DNA of 64,000 bases from positions 22,846-86,845 of the forward strand of contig CAXULY010000023.1 in the NCBI GenBank assembly GCA_964252075.1. Reading direction: 5' to 3'. Position 1 is the stretch's first letter. Each line of letters begins with the position of its first letter. The position numbers were made by a program, and so were the translations under genes. The notes below the pieces were generated by a model. That model was given only the letters and a program-made list of their open reading frames with translations, made no database searches and was not told the DNA's origin. This document shows, piece after piece, positions 1 to 12,143 of the stretch. The DNA comes from an uncultured Deinococcaceae bacterium. GTDB taxonomy: Bacteria > Deinococcota > Deinococci > Deinococcales > Deinococcaceae.

Positions 1-461
1 GCGGCGCCGCCCGTCACGAGCAGGCGCGCCTCCAGGCCGTTCACCTTCGCGAGGACCGTGCTGCTGCGCGCGCCGACGTTCGTGACGTTCACGGTGAGGG
101 CGCTCGTGAGGCGGTTCATGTGCAGGTCGATGGGCGCGCCCGTGAAGGTCACGACCTTCACACCCTTGTACAGCGCCACCTGCTGGTCGGCGTTGTCGTA
201 CCCGCGCGCGGTGAGGGTGTACGCGCCCTTCGTGAGGTTCGGAAGGTTGAAGCTCGCCACGCCGCCCGTCACGGTGGCGGTGAAGGTGCCGCTGTCCGGC
301 GCGGTGCTGGCGTCCGCGCCCTGCACGGTGAGCGTCACGACCGGCACCTGCGCGGGAATGGAGAGCACCTGAATGGGCGCCGCGCGGGACGGCGCCGGGG
401 TGGTCTGCCCGCACGCGGCGAGCAGCAGGGCGAGGGAGAGCACTCCCAGGGGGTGTTTCAT
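1..461 (-). CDS. Lipoprotein, beta-rich (3' end runs off window)
   Basis: Read manually: MKHPLGVLSLALLLAAC lipobox, AGAGGA RBS, frame open to base 1. Confidence 0.7.
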   Translation of the reverse strand, partial: MKHPLGVLSLALLLAACGQTTPAPSRAAPIQVLSIPAQVPVVTLTVQGADASTAPDSGTFTATVTGGVASFNLPNLTKGAYTLTARGYDNADQQVALYKGVKVVTFTGAPIDLHMNRLTSALTVNVTNVGARSSTVLAKVNGLEARLLVTGGA

Positions 462-878
462 GTGGGTCCTCTTCGGGGGGTGGCGTTTGAGCGGGGCAAC
501 CCCACCACCATGCCGCCGCCCCTTCAAGGGGCTGTCAGGGCCTCACGGGCGCCGTGGTTGCTGCAGTTGTCCGGCGAGGGCCTCGCGTCGGGGGTGATGG
601 GCGTGCGGATGGGCGCCGCGTGCCTGCTCCTGGCGGTGCCGCTCACCACTGCCCGGTGAGCACCATCACATCCACGCGCACTGAGGTCGCGTGATGAGAG
701 TGGGCTGACCCTCACTTGACCTCAAGCGTGGCGAGCGGTTGAGTTTCCTCAATGGCGCTTGGCCGCACTCAGGAACCGCGCCTCGCGCGCGGCGGGCACA
801 CTGCAACGGTGCCCGCACGCTGCCCCACGCTGAAATACCACGGGCGGCCCAACCCGCTGTTCGCCTGAGAGGAGTCGC

Positions 879-2045
879 ATGCCCATCCGTCCACTGGCCC
901 TGAGCGCCCTGGCCGCCGCCCTGCTGCTGAGTTCGTCCATGAGCGCCGCCCCGTCTCTGCCCGCGTCACCCACACGGGAGGGCGCGCCGCTGGAACTCGT
1001 GCACACCTTCTCGGGGCACATGCCGGTGGGCGTCGCCGTGAACAGCCAGGGGCGCCTCTTCGTGTCGTACCCGCGCTGGGAGGACCCGGTGCCGTACTCC
1101 ATCGCGGAGCTCCGTGGTGGGCGCGCCGTGCCGTACCCGAACCGCGCCCTGAACCGCAACCCGCTGCCGTCCGACCCGACGCGCTTCGTGGGCGTGCAGG
1201 GGCTCATCGTGGACGCGCGGGACCGCCTGTGGGTGCTGGACACCGGCACCGTGAACCTGGGCCCCATCATCAGTCAGGACGCGCCGAAACTCGTGGGGAT
1301 CGACACGCGCACGAATCAGGTGGTCAAGACCATTCACTTCCCCGCATCCGTCGCGCTGAAGCACACGTACCTGAACGACCTGCGCATCGACCTGCGCCAG
1401 GGGCAGGGGGGCGTGGCGTACATCACGGATTCCGGCGCGAAGTCCGGCAGTGGCCTGATCGTGGTGGACCTCGCGTCGGGCCGCAGCTGGCGCAAACTCA
1501 CGGGGGACCCCACGGTGCTGCCCGAGCGGGGCTTCGTGTCCTTCCCGGACGGCCGCGCCCTGTTCGAACGCCCGAAGGGCGGCGTGGCGCGCACGGTCTC
1601 CTTCGCGGCGGACAGCATCGCCATCAGCCCGAAGGGCGACTATCTGTACTACGCGCCGGTCGCGTCGCGCCGCCTGTACGCCGTGCCGACCAGCGCCCTG
1701 CGCGACGAGTCGCTCAGCGACGCGGCGGTGAAGGCGCAGGTGCGGGACCTGGGCGAGAAGGGCGTGTCGGACGGCATGGCGGAGGACACCGCCGGGCGCA
1801 TCTACACCACGAACCACGAGCTGAACGCCATCTTCCGCCGCCTGCCGACCGGGGAGTTCGAGACGGTCGTGCGCGACCCGCGCCTCATCTGGCCGGACAC
1901 GCTCGCCATTCACGGCGGGTACCTGTACATCCTGTCGGATCAGCTGAATCGCCAGGGGCGCTACCACTTCGGGCGGGACGAGCGCGTGAAGCCCTACGCG
2001 CTGTTCCGCGTGCGCCTGAACGCGAAGCCGGTGCTGCTCCAGTGA
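879..2045 (+). CDS. Major royal jelly/yellow-like (L-dopachrome tautomerase-related) beta-propeller, secreted
   Basis: Signal peptide; GRLFVSYPRW, LWVLDTG, YLNDLRID, AYITDSG, WPDT motifs; GAGGAG RBS. Confidence 0.85.
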   Translation: MPIRPLALSALAAALLLSSSMSAAPSLPASPTREGAPLELVHTFSGHMPVGVAVNSQGRLFVSYPRWEDPVPYSIAELRGGRAVPYPNRALNRNPLPSDPTRFVGVQGLIVDARDRLWVLDTGTVNLGPIISQDAPKLVGIDTRTNQVVKTIHFPASVALKHTYLNDLRIDLRQGQGGVAYITDSGAKSGSGLIVVDLASGRSWRKLTGDPTVLPERGFVSFPDGRALFERPKGGVARTVSFAADSIAISPKGDYLYYAPVASRRLYAVPTSALRDESLSDAAVKAQVRDLGEKGVSDGMAEDTAGRIYTTNHELNAIFRRLPTGEFETVVRDPRLIWPDTLAIHGGYLYILSDQLNRQGRYHFGRDERVKPYALFRVRLNAKPVLLQ

Positions 2046-2064
2046 CCCTCAAGGAGGTCCACGC

Positions 2065-3075
2065 ATGAAACCCACCCTGAAACCCATCCGCGACCAGGTG
2101 ATCGTCATCACGGGCGCGTCCAGCGGCATCGGCCTCTCGACGGCGCGCATGGCGGCGCAGGAAGGCGCGAAGCTGGTGCTCGCGGCGCGCAGCGCGGGCG
2201 CCCTGAATGAACTCACGGCGGAACTCACCGCGGCGGGCGCGCAGGTGACGGCGGTCGTGGCGGACGTGAGCCGCGAGGAGGACGTGCGCGCCATCGCGCG
2301 GACCGCGCAGGACGCGTACGGCGGCTTCGACACCTGGGTGAACAACGCGGGCGTCGGCATGTACGGCAAGGTCGAGGACGTGGGCGTCGAGGACATGCGG
2401 CGGCTGTTCGACATCAACTTCTGGGGGCTGGTGTACGGGTCGCTGGAGGCCGTGCGGGTGCTGCGCGAGCGCGGCGGGGCGCTCATCAACGTGGGCAGCA
2501 CCGCCTCGGACCGCGCGATCGCGTTGCAGGGCGTGTACTCCGCGTCGAAGCACGCCGTGAAGGGCTTCACGGACGCGCTGCGCATGGAACTGGAGGAAGG
2601 CGGCGCGCCCATCTCCGTGACGCTCATCAAGCCCGGCCCGATCGACACGCCGTTTCCCATGAACGCCCGCAATTACCTGCCGGACGAGCCGCAGCACGTG
2701 CCGCCCGTGTACGCGCCCGAGACGGTCGCGCGCGCCATCCTGCACGCCGCCGTGACGCCCACCCGCGACCTGTTCGTGGGGAGCGGCGGCAAGAGCATCG
2801 CGGCTTTCGGGGATCTGTCGCCAAAAGCGACGGACAAGGCCATGGAGGGCTTCGTGATTCCCCGCACGCACAGTGGTCGGCCACCCCTGCCGCGCGCGCA
2901 GAACGCCCTGAACGCCCCCTCCGAGCGCCTCTCGGAGCGCGGCGATTACCCCGGGCTGGTGCGCGGGCACAGCCTGTACACGCAGGCCGCGCAGAGCGGG
3001 AACCTGCGCCGCGCGCTCATCATCGGCGCGAGCGTGGTGGCGGTCGCGCTGTGGGGCAGCGCGCGGCGCAGCTGA
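2065..3075 (+). CDS. SDR family oxidoreductase
   Basis: TGASSGIG, NNAG, YSASK motifs. Confidence 0.95.
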   Translation: MKPTLKPIRDQVIVITGASSGIGLSTARMAAQEGAKLVLAARSAGALNELTAELTAAGAQVTAVVADVSREEDVRAIARTAQDAYGGFDTWVNNAGVGMYGKVEDVGVEDMRRLFDINFWGLVYGSLEAVRVLRERGGALINVGSTASDRAIALQGVYSASKHAVKGFTDALRMELEEGGAPISVTLIKPGPIDTPFPMNARNYLPDEPQHVPPVYAPETVARAILHAAVTPTRDLFVGSGGKSIAAFGDLSPKATDKAMEGFVIPRTHSGRPPLPRAQNALNAPSERLSERGDYPGLVRGHSLYTQAAQSGNLRRALIIGASVVAVALWGSARRS

Positions 3076-3089
3076 AGCGCGAAGCACAC

Positions 3090-3129
3090 GCACGGGGCGG
3101 CCCGGTCAGCTGACCGGGCCGCCCCGTGC
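3090..3129. terminator. 40-bp perfect palindrome between convergent genes (bidirectional terminator)
   Basis: gcacggggcggcccggtcag|ctgaccgggccgccccgtgc. Confidence 0.7.
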
Positions 3130-3134
3130 TGGCG

Positions 3135-3371
3135 TCAGTTGTTGCGGTCGTTCACGGGCAGGGCGCGCTCCAGGGGCTCCAGTTCGCCGCCGATGCGCTC
3201 GTGCCAGCGCTGCTCCACGCCGCGCCCGATCTTGATGTCCTCTGCGAACTCCGCGACGAGCATCTGCGCGCGCTGCACGGCGTCCTGATGCCCGAAGTTT
3301 AGGGCGCGCGTCGCCCAGTACTGCAGCTTCGCGAGCTGCCGCACCGTCGCGAACGCGAACAGGTCATCCAT
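3135..3371 (-). CDS. Hypothetical protein (78 aa)
   Basis: MDDLFAF...; start overlaps end of the upstream ORF. Confidence 0.55.
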   Translation of the reverse strand: MDDLFAFATVRQLAKLQYWATRALNFGHQDAVQRAQMLVAEFAEDIKIGRGVEQRWHERIGGELEPLERALPVNDRNN

Positions 3372-3636
3372 GCCGCGCGTCCACGGCGGCGCTGAACAGC
3401 ACCGAACGGGTGTGCGCGCACGCCTCGCGGAAGGCGTCCGGCAGTTCCGGCGCGACCACATCCGTGATGAGGCGACCGCGGTGACTGATGGACACCCGCA
3501 CCTCGCCCTCACGGTGCTCCGCGACGGTGAACAGGCAGCCCACGCGGATCAGTTCGTTCAGGGTGTCCTTCTCCGCGCGGTCCAGGCTGCTGATCCAGGT
3601 GTGGCTGTCCTTCCTGGGCGTCGCGCGCCCCTTCAT
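3364..3636 (-). CDS. Hypothetical protein (90 aa)
   Basis: MKGRATPR...; protein-like composition. Confidence 0.5.
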   Translation of the reverse strand: MKGRATPRKDSHTWISSLDRAEKDTLNELIRVGCLFTVAEHREGEVRVSISHRGRLITDVVAPELPDAFREACAHTRSVLFSAAVDARHG

Positions 3637-3905
3637 GCCACCCACCCGGCCTTCAGCGTCCGTGAGCGGTGCGGGGTCGGGAAGGGAATGCCATTTCGGC
3701 GCGTCGTGATCTGAACCTGCATGGATGTACCTCAATGGCTGTTGAATCGCGCGGCGCACATCAGGAGCCGCCCTGTGCTGACAGAGGGCGGAACACCAGC
3801 TTGCTTCCGGGGTCTGACCATTGAAGTGTAGCGCCTGCCGGTCCGCCGGAATGTTCAGGTGGGCCCACGCCAGCCGCCGCTCACGCGCGGCAGGTACAGT
3901 AAGGA

Positions 3906-4139
3906 ATGAGACGTTACCTGAAGGCCCTCCCCGTCAGCACGGACGCACGCTGGACTGAGGCGCGCGCGCTGGGCACCTCGCGCTTCGAGGCGTCCATGCG
4001 GGAATTCCGTGATGAAGCCGCCGCCATCCGCGTGGCGGTCGGCGCGGCGCGCCAGCACATGCTCAAGTGGGGGCACCAGCCCGGCGATTTCGCCGAGGAG
4101 CTGCACCGCTTCGAGGTGACGCTGCACGACCACCGGTAA
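3906..4139 (+). CDS. Hypothetical protein (77 aa)
   Basis: TACAGT just upstream of ATG; GC3-biased codons. Confidence 0.55.
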   Translation: MRRYLKALPVSTDARWTEARALGTSRFEASMREFRDEAAAIRVAVGAARQHMLKWGHQPGDFAEELHRFEVTLHDHR

Positions 4140-4165
4140 GCCCAGCGCCCGGTGCAACGAAGAAC

Positions 4166-4189
4166 AGGACCCCGCTCACGCGGGGTCCT
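4166..4189. terminator. Hairpin terminator downstream of tRNA
   Basis: aggaccccgc/gcggggtcct stem. Confidence 0.7.
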
Positions 4190-4194
4190 CCTTC

Positions 4195-4268
4195 TGGCTG
4201 GGGCACATGGATTCGAACCATGATCGACGCTTCCAAAGAGCGTTGTCCTGCCGTTAGACGATGCCCCA
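4195..4268 (-). tRNA. tRNA-Gln (UUG)
   Basis: TGGGGCA...TGCCCCAGCCA acceptor, CTTTGGA anticodon loop, GGTTCGAATCC T-arm. Confidence 0.97.
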
Positions 4269-4318
4269 CCGGGCGTTCACAGGACGGCCCAGAGTATAGC
4301 GGCGCCCGCGCGCGGGAA

Positions 4319-5068
4319 TCAAGGCACCAAGCGGGTGCCCGCCTCGCCGCGCGCGGCGGCGGCCAGCACGCCCGCGTGCATGCCGGACGCGATGATGGCG
4401 TAGGGCGCGCCCGCGCCGAGCGCTTCGAGGGCCGCGTGCACTTTCGGCACCATGCCGCCCGCAATCCAGCCGTCCGCGATGCCCCGTTCCGCCTCGGCGG
4501 CGCTGAGGCGCGAGATGAGGCTGTCCGGGTCGGGGTGCGCGCGGTACACGCCGTCCACGTCCGTCAGGAACACGACGCCCTCCCCGAGCGCGCCCGCGAC
4601 GGCGCCCGCCGCGAGGTCCGCGTTCACGTTGAGCGCCTCGCCGCGTTCATCCACGGCGATACAGCCCACCACGGGCGTGTAGCCCGCGCCGCGCAGAGCG
4701 TGCAGCAGGTCGGCGTTCACGCGCGTGACGCGGCCCACGCGGCCGAGCGCGGGGTCCAGCACCTCGGCGAGCAGCAGCGTGTCGTCGCGACCCGTAAGGC
4801 CAAGCGCGCGCCCGATGTCCTGCGCGAGTTGCTTCCCGAGGGCGGTGAGGGCGAGTTCGACGACCTGCATCGCTTCGGGGCTCGTGACGCGCAGGCCGTT
4901 CACGAAGTGGCTCTCCACGCCGCGCGCCGCGAGTTCCCGCTCGATGGCGGGGCCGCCGCCATGCACGACCGTCAGGGGCGTGTGGTCGCGCAGCGCGGCG
5001 ATTTCCGCAGCGACCGCGCGGCGCAGTTCCGGGCTCTTCATGGCGTTGCCGCCGTACTTCACGATCAT
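4319..5068 (-). CDS. argB: Acetylglutamate kinase
   Basis: VKYGGNA, VHGGGP, NVNAD, LTDVDG, GGMVPK. Confidence 0.95.
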   Translation of the reverse strand: MIVKYGGNAMKSPELRRAVAAEIAALRDHTPLTVVHGGGPAIERELAARGVESHFVNGLRVTSPEAMQVVELALTALGKQLAQDIGRALGLTGRDDTLLLAEVLDPALGRVGRVTRVNADLLHALRGAGYTPVVGCIAVDERGEALNVNADLAAGAVAGALGEGVVFLTDVDGVYRAHPDPDSLISRLSAAEAERGIADGWIAGGMVPKVHAALEALGAGAPYAIIASGMHAGVLAAAARGEAGTRLVP

Positions 5069-5148
5069 GCGCGCAGCATAGCCGCAAGGGGGAGGGGCGA
5101 AGCGCGCGTGGCGCTTCGCCCCTCCCCAGGGTGCTCAGGCGCTGGCGT

Positions 5149-5649
5149 TCAGGCGGAGCCCGCGAGGGGGACGGGCGGCGCGTTCACGACGCTGGGCTGA
5201 ACGGCTTTGGCATACCACGTCATGGCGGGGCGCGCGTCAATCGCGAAGTGGAAGCCCAGCCGCTCCCAGAAGCGCGCGGCGGCGGCGTTGTCGCCCAGCA
5301 CGCTGGCGAGCAGGCGGGTGGTGCCCATGGGGAGGTGCGTTTCGAGCTGCCGGACGGCGCGCGTGCCGTAACTGTGGCGTTGCAGGTCGCCGCGCACCAG
5401 CAGCAGGTTGATGGTCAGGTCGCCGGCCAGCGGGTACTCGCGTTTGCAGTCCAGGCAGCCGATCACTTCGCCGCGCTCGGTCAGCAGGGACAGGTGGCGG
5501 CGCGGGTCGAGCAGCGCCGTCTCCACCTCGCGTTCCACTTCGTGCAGGGTGGGCACGGTAGTGCCCAGCAACTGGAAGTACGCGGGCGTCGCGAGGTACA
5601 GCGCGTGGAGGTGGGGGACCAAGTGCATGGCCATCGGGTCAACGTTCAT
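5149..5649 (-). CDS. GNAT N-acetyltransferase (possible DdrN orthologue)
   Basis: QRHSYGT motif A, N..A..FW..LGF motif B; next to argB; RDRM-like site upstream. Confidence 0.85.
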   Translation of the reverse strand: MNVDPMAMHLVPHLHALYLATPAYFQLLGTTVPTLHEVEREVETALLDPRRHLSLLTERGEVIGCLDCKREYPLAGDLTINLLLVRGDLQRHSYGTRAVRQLETHLPMGTTRLLASVLGDNAAAARFWERLGFHFAIDARPAMTWYAKAVQPSVVNAPPVPLAGSA

Positions 5650-5811
5650 TCAAACGTCCTTCCGTCAGCGGACGTCACCAGGGGCGCCTTGGGGGCCCGT
5701 GGGCGGTGTGTGTGTGGTGCTGGAGAGCGGTTGTGGCGTGCCTGTAGCGTATCCCGTTCGCCAGTCCGAGTCTACGGGCAAAGCTGAGGGAACTCGCCCA
5801 CAAATCCTGAA

Positions 5812-5828
5812 TTCTGTCTTTAACGAAA
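5812..5828. promoter_or_regulatory. RDRM-like (DdrO operator) 17-mer
   Basis: TTCTGTCTTTAACGAAA, AT-rich imperfect palindrome resembling the Deinococcus radiation/desiccation response motif. Confidence 0.5.
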
Positions 5829-5919
5829 ATGCAGAGAGCGCCTTGTCTTACAGGGTGCGGGCGTCACGACCGCGCCACGTGACTTCACCGCACGGTGTGT
5901 GGCGCGGCAGGCTGCTAGC

Positions 5920-6876
5920 ATGGCGCGCGTGAACGCCGGATTCTACCGACAGCAGCTGGGCCGCGCGGGGGCGGTGCTGGCCCCCATGGCGGGCTACAGT
6001 GACGCGCCCATGCGGCAGCTCGCGAGCGAGCACGGCGCCCTGTGGACGGTGAGTGAGATGCTGAGCGCGCGCGGCGTGCTGGAGGGCGACCTCGCGCTGG
6101 ACCTGGGGCGCCCGTATGCGGGCGAGCGGGACCGCGTGGTGCAGCTGTTCGGCGCAGAGCCGGAGGTCCTGGCGGCGGGCGCGGCGCGCGCGGTGGAACT
6201 GTTCGGGCCGTCTGCGCTGGACCTGAACATGGGGTGTCCCGTGCCGAAGCTGCGCGGGCGGGGCGGCGCGTGCCTGCTGCAGACGCCGGAGGTCGCGTAC
6301 ACCCTGGTGAGCGCGATGAAGTCCGCGGTGACCTGCGACGTGAGCGCGAAGATTCGCCTGGGGTGGGACGCGGATCACAGCGTGGAGATCGCGCTGGGCC
6401 TGGAGGCGGCGGGCGCGGCGCTCATCACGGTGCACGGGCGCACCAGCGCGCAACGCTACACGGGCGAGGCGGACTGGGAGGCCATCGGGCGCGTGGCGTC
6501 CGCCGTGCGTGTCCCGGTGGTGGGGAGTGGCGACGTGCTGAGTGCCGATCAGGTGAGGGCGCGCCTGCGCTCTGGCGTGGCGGCCGTGATGGTGGGGCGC
6601 GGCGCGGTCGGGAACCCTTGGCTGTTCGCGCAGGCCGCCGGACGTGACGCGCGCCCGTCACCCGCCGAGCGCGCCGCGACCGCCGTGCGGCACGCCGAGC
6701 TGAACGTGGCGTGGTTCGGGGAGCGGCGCGGCCTGCTGCAGTTGCGCAAGGTGCTGCCGAAGTACTTCCCGGATCAGCCGGACCTCAGGGCGCCCCTCAC
6801 GCAGGTGAGCACCCTCGCGGACCTGCGCGCGGTGCTGGATGGGGAGCGTGGGTTCGCGTTGAGCGCGAGCGCCTGA
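5920..6876 (+). CDS. dusB: tRNA-dihydrouridine synthase (DusB-like)
   Basis: [32 protein letters not shown]. Confidence 0.9.
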   Translation: MARVNAGFYRQQLGRAGAVLAPMAGYSDAPMRQLASEHGALWTVSEMLSARGVLEGDLALDLGRPYAGERDRVVQLFGAEPEVLAAGAARAVELFGPSALDLNMGCPVPKLRGRGGACLLQTPEVAYTLVSAMKSAVTCDVSAKIRLGWDADHSVEIALGLEAAGAALITVHGRTSAQRYTGEADWEAIGRVASAVRVPVVGSGDVLSADQVRARLRSGVAAVMVGRGAVGNPWLFAQAAGRDARPSPAERAATAVRHAELNVAWFGERRGLLQLRKVLPKYFPDQPDLRAPLTQVSTLADLRAVLDGERGFALSASA

Positions 6877-6927
6877 AGTGAAAGATGGGGCGGGGCCGCC
6901 AATGGCCCCGCCCTTTCTTCGCCGCCC

Positions 6928-8271
<1,344 letters not shown>

Positions 8272-8361
8272 AATGCCTACACGCTAGCACGCGGGCTTTT
8301 CGCGGAAGGTGGCGCACGTGCCTCCCACCCGCCGCGCGCCGTGACGTTCTACGCTGGCCGC

Positions 8362-8937
8362 ATGAACGATGAGATTTCCTTCCTGCACGTGCCGACGGAA
8401 TCGGAGGTGACGCCCGAGGTGCGCGCCCTGTGGGCCAAGAGCCAGGAGCGGCTGGGCTTCGTGCCGAACGTGTTCCGCGCGCAGGCGCTGAACCCCGCGC
8501 AGTTCTCGGCGTGGTGGGCGTACTTCAATGCGCTCGTGAACCGGGGCGAGTTCCTCACGCCGCTGGAGCGGGAGCTGGTGGCGGTGGTGGTGAGCGCGCA
8601 GAACCGCTGCGTGTACTGCCTCGTGTCGCACGGCGCGGCGGTGCGGGAGCTGAGCGGCGACGCGGTGCTGGCGGACACCGTCGCGATTGACCACCGAGCG
8701 GCGGACCTCCCGCTGCGCGCGCGCGCCATGCTGGATTACGCCGTGCAGCTCACGCGCCGCCCCCAGGCGTGCGGGCAGGAGGACCTGCGGCCCCTGCGCG
8801 AGGCGGGCCTCACGGACCACGAGATTCTGGAGCTGGTGCAGGTGATCGGCATGTTCAACCTCACGAACCGCGTGTCGAGCGCGCTGGGCTTCGTACCGAA
8901 CCGCGAGTATTACGGGCACGCGCGGGAGCAGCGTTGA
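8362..8937 (+). CDS. Peroxidase-related AhpD/CMD family enzyme
   Basis: [23 protein letters not shown]. Confidence 0.9.
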   Translation: MNDEISFLHVPTESEVTPEVRALWAKSQERLGFVPNVFRAQALNPAQFSAWWAYFNALVNRGEFLTPLERELVAVVVSAQNRCVYCLVSHGAAVRELSGDAVLADTVAIDHRAADLPLRARAMLDYAVQLTRRPQACGQEDLRPLREAGLTDHEILELVQVIGMFNLTNRVSSALGFVPNREYYGHAREQR

Positions 8938-9491
8938 GCGGACCGCACTTCCCGGACCCGCTGGATGTCCCCGTGCAGCACGCCCGGAGCGGAGCGACCT
9001 ACCGGCTGGTCCGGTTGGACGCGCTGCCCGAGACGCCCGAGCACCTCGCGCAGATCACGCGCGCGAACAACGAACCCGCCATCCACCGCTGGCTGTGGCG
9101 TGACCGCCTGCAGGGCCAGCCGTACGCGCCCGAGAAGGCCGTGGAGTTCCTGCGCTGGGCGCGCGGCGGCTGGGCGCACGGCACGCACTTCACCTTCGCG
9201 CTGCTCGCGCCGGGGGGTGAGGTGGCGGCGGCGCTGGACATCAAGAGCGCGGACCTGGACGCCGCCGAGGTCGGGTACTGGCTGTCGGCGGCGCACAGCG
9301 GCGTCATGACGAACGCCGTGCTGGCCCTCGCGGACGTGGCGCGCGCGGCGGGCTACCGGGCGCTGTTCGCGCGCGTGCGGGAGGGCAACGCGCGCTCGGA
9401 GGGCGTGCTGACGCGCGCGGGCTTCGCGCGGGTGGGCGGGCACGAGGAGGTGCTGGGGCACCCGCACGGGCGCTTCACCCGCGCGCTGTGA
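8934..9491 (+). CDS. GNAT acetyltransferase (RimJ/RimL-like)
   Basis: EVGYWL, GVMT, N.RS..VL.RAGF; TTGA overlap with upstream gene. Confidence 0.8.
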   Translation: MSGPHFPDPLDVPVQHARSGATYRLVRLDALPETPEHLAQITRANNEPAIHRWLWRDRLQGQPYAPEKAVEFLRWARGGWAHGTHFTFALLAPGGEVAAALDIKSADLDAAEVGYWLSAAHSGVMTNAVLALADVARAAGYRALFARVREGNARSEGVLTRAGFARVGGHEEVLGHPHGRFTRAL

Positions 9492-10038
9492 GGGCCTTGC
9501 GCAGCACGCGCATCTGACCGCGGTGGCTCACCTCGTCCTCCATCACGTGAAACCACGCCCAGTGCTGGTTCATGCGGCTGTTCGGGGCGGGCGAGGCGAG
9601 CCAGTCGTCGTCGCGCCGGGCGAGCTCCGCGAGGGTCACGGCGCGCACCTCGGCAAGCTGGTCGAGCAGGTCCTGCAGGCTGCGGCCCCGCACGCGCTCC
9701 CCGAGTTCACCGAAGGTCATGGCGCCCAGGTAGGGGCGGTACTCGGGGCGGTCCTCGTGAATGGGGTCCACGCCTTCGAAGCTCAGGGACTGGTAGATGC
9801 GGTCGGTGGCCGCGATGTGCGCGAGCAGCATCCCGATGCTGTTCGTGAAGCCGGGCGGGACGGCGTCGAGTTCCTCCACGCTCAGGCCGCGCACGGCCTC
9901 CACCGTCATGAGGCGCGTGTAGGCCAGCATGTCCACGAGCGCGCCGATGTGCGGCGTGTAGGGCGCCTCGGGCGCGATGCGGTACCAGCGCTCGCGGTCG
10001 GGACGCGTCTCGACCAACTGCATGAACGGGTCGCTCAT
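9475..10038 (-). CDS. DinB/YfiT family protein
   Basis: NSIGMLLAH, WFHVMEDEVSHRGQ. Confidence 0.9.
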   Translation of the reverse strand: MSDPFMQLVETRPDRERWYRIAPEAPYTPHIGALVDMLAYTRLMTVEAVRGLSVEELDAVPPGFTNSIGMLLAHIAATDRIYQSLSFEGVDPIHEDRPEYRPYLGAMTFGELGERVRGRSLQDLLDQLAEVRAVTLAELARRDDDWLASPAPNSRMNQHWAWFHVMEDEVSHRGQMRVLRKALTARG

Positions 10039-10134
10039 AGGCTCAGCATACGGGGCCTGTGGCGACGCTGACGGTCCTGCGCGGCGCACCCTGCTGAAAT
10101 GACATGAATCTCAGATGAAATCAGGGAGGAATTG

Positions 10135-11073
10135 ATGTCATACCAACAGGATCTGTTCCGCTACGTCGCCGAGGAGTTCGCCGAGGACTACCGCGAGGGC
10201 GAGATGCCGCGCCGCGAGTTCCTGCGCCGCAGCGTGCTGCTGGGCGGCGGCATCGCGGGCGCGCGGGTGCTGCTCGCGTCGCTCGGCGTGCTGGGCGTGA
10301 GCGCCGCCGAGTTGGCCGCGGCCCAGAACGCCGACCCGCAGAACGAACCCGTGCGCAACACCTACCAGGTCGCGCCGGACGACCCCATGATCGAGGCGCA
10401 GGCCATCACGTACGACGCGCTGGGCCGCACGAACTACGCCTACGTCGCGCGGCCCGCCGGGGTGGACCGCGCGCCCATCGTGCTGGTCATCCACGAGAAC
10501 CGCGGCCTGCAGCCGCACATTCAGGACGTCGCGCGCCGCGTCGCGAAGGCGGGGTACATCGCGCTCGCGCCGGATTTCGTGTCGCCCATCGGCGGCACCG
10601 CGAAGTACCCGGATGTCGCGCAGATCTCCAGCTTCATCGCGCGGACGCCCGCCGAGGAGCACGTGGCGCACGCGCTGGAGGCCGTGAAGGTTCTGAAGAG
10701 CCAGCCGGGCGCGCGCGCGGACGCCTTCGGCATGGTGGGGTTCTGCTGGGGCGGCGGCATGACTTGGCGCCTCGCGACGCAACTGCCGGACCTGAAGGCC
10801 GCCGTGCCCTTCTACGGCCCCTCGCCGGACTTCGCGGCCATCCCGAACATCAAGGCGGCGGTGCTGGGCGTGTACGGCGGCCTGGACGCCCGCATCACGG
10901 GGAACGCGCCCGCGACGGACGCGGCCCTCACGGCGGCGAAGGTCACGCACCGCTTCCTGGTGTACCCGAAGGCGAACCACGCCTTCAACAACGACACCGG
11001 GCAGAGTTACAACCGCGAGGCCGCCGAGAACGCCTGGGCGACCACGCTGGTGTGGTTCCGGCAGTACCTGTAA
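10135..11073 (+). CDS. Dienelactone hydrolase family protein, Tat-like signal
   Basis: RREFL, HENRGL, GFCWGG, HAF. Confidence 0.93.
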   Translation: MSYQQDLFRYVAEEFAEDYREGEMPRREFLRRSVLLGGGIAGARVLLASLGVLGVSAAELAAAQNADPQNEPVRNTYQVAPDDPMIEAQAITYDALGRTNYAYVARPAGVDRAPIVLVIHENRGLQPHIQDVARRVAKAGYIALAPDFVSPIGGTAKYPDVAQISSFIARTPAEEHVAHALEAVKVLKSQPGARADAFGMVGFCWGGGMTWRLATQLPDLKAAVPFYGPSPDFAAIPNIKAAVLGVYGGLDARITGNAPATDAALTAAKVTHRFLVYPKANHAFNNDTGQSYNREAAENAWATTLVWFRQYL

Positions 11074-11154
11074 GGGCGGGCGCGGTGCGTCCCGTCTCCT
11101 TGGGTCGGGACGCACCGCGATGAGGCAAAGGGGGCCGTCCGCGGCCCCTTTGCC

Positions 11155-12003
11155 TCACCGGTCGTAGGTGTAGAAGCCCTCGCCGCTCTTGCGGCCCAGC
11201 AGGCCCGCCTGCACCATCTTGCGCAGCAGCGGGCTGGGTCGGTACTTGTCGTCCCCGAGGCCCTCGTGCAGCACCTCCATGATGCTCAGGCAGGTGTCCA
11301 GCCCGATGAAGTCCGCGAGCGTGAGGGGCCCCATGGGGTGGTTCATGCCGAGCTTCATGATGCCGTCGATGGCTTCCTTGTCCGCCACGCCCTCCATCAC
11401 GCACTGGATGGCTTCGTTCAGCATGGGCATCAGGATGCGGTTCGACACGAAGCCGGGGAAGTCGTTGCATGAGAGGGGCGTCTTGCCCATCTGCCGGGCG
11501 GTCTCCTCCACGAAGGCGGTCGTGTCGTCGCTCGTCTTGTACCCGCGAATGACCTCCACGAGCGCCATGAGCGGCACGGGGTTCATGAAGTGCATCCCGA
11601 TGAAGCGCTCCGGGCGCCCGCTCGCCGCGCCAAGCCGCGTGATGGGGATGCTGCTGGTGTTGCTGGCGAGCACGCCGTCCGGCTTCACGAGCGCGCCGAG
11701 TTCCCGGAAGAGTGCGCTCTTGGCGGCCTCGTTCTCCACGATGGCTTCCACCACGAGGTCGCAGTGCGCGAGGTCCGTGAGGTCCGTCGTGAAGCGGATG
11801 CGCGCCAGCACGTCGGCGGGCGTGCCCGTGAGGCGGCCCTTCTCGTGCAGCCGCGTGAGGCTCTTCTCGATGCTGTTCTCGCCGCGCGCCAGGAAGGCGC
11901 CGTCCACGTCACGGAGCACCACCTCAAAGCCGCTCTGTGCCCCCACCTGCGCGATGCCCGCGCCCATCTGTCCCGCCCCGACGACGCCCAGAATCATGTG
12001 CAT
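11155..12003 (-). CDS. hbd: 3-hydroxybutyryl-CoA dehydrogenase
   Basis: [32 protein letters not shown]. Confidence 0.95.
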   Translation of the reverse strand: MHMILGVVGAGQMGAGIAQVGAQSGFEVVLRDVDGAFLARGENSIEKSLTRLHEKGRLTGTPADVLARIRFTTDLTDLAHCDLVVEAIVENEAAKSALFRELGALVKPDGVLASNTSSIPITRLGAASGRPERFIGMHFMNPVPLMALVEVIRGYKTSDDTTAFVEETARQMGKTPLSCNDFPGFVSNRILMPMLNEAIQCVMEGVADKEAIDGIMKLGMNHPMGPLTLADFIGLDTCLSIMEVLHEGLGDDKYRPSPLLRKMVQAGLLGRKSGEGFYTYDR

Positions 12004-12143
12004 GTCACCTCTTGGCTGCCACTCTAGCGCCGCAGCGGGCGGATCTTACCGGTGCGTTCATGGTCGGGTTTCGCGCGGGACCTCCGGCGCGGATGGCTTA
12101 GTCTGTTGGGACCAAACCGCCTTGATGGAGGTGAGTCACCAGC

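Noticed and set aside
3135..4195. Small ORFs 3' of tRNA-Gln as an integrated island
   Set aside because: No integrase and no duplicated tRNA 3' end seen
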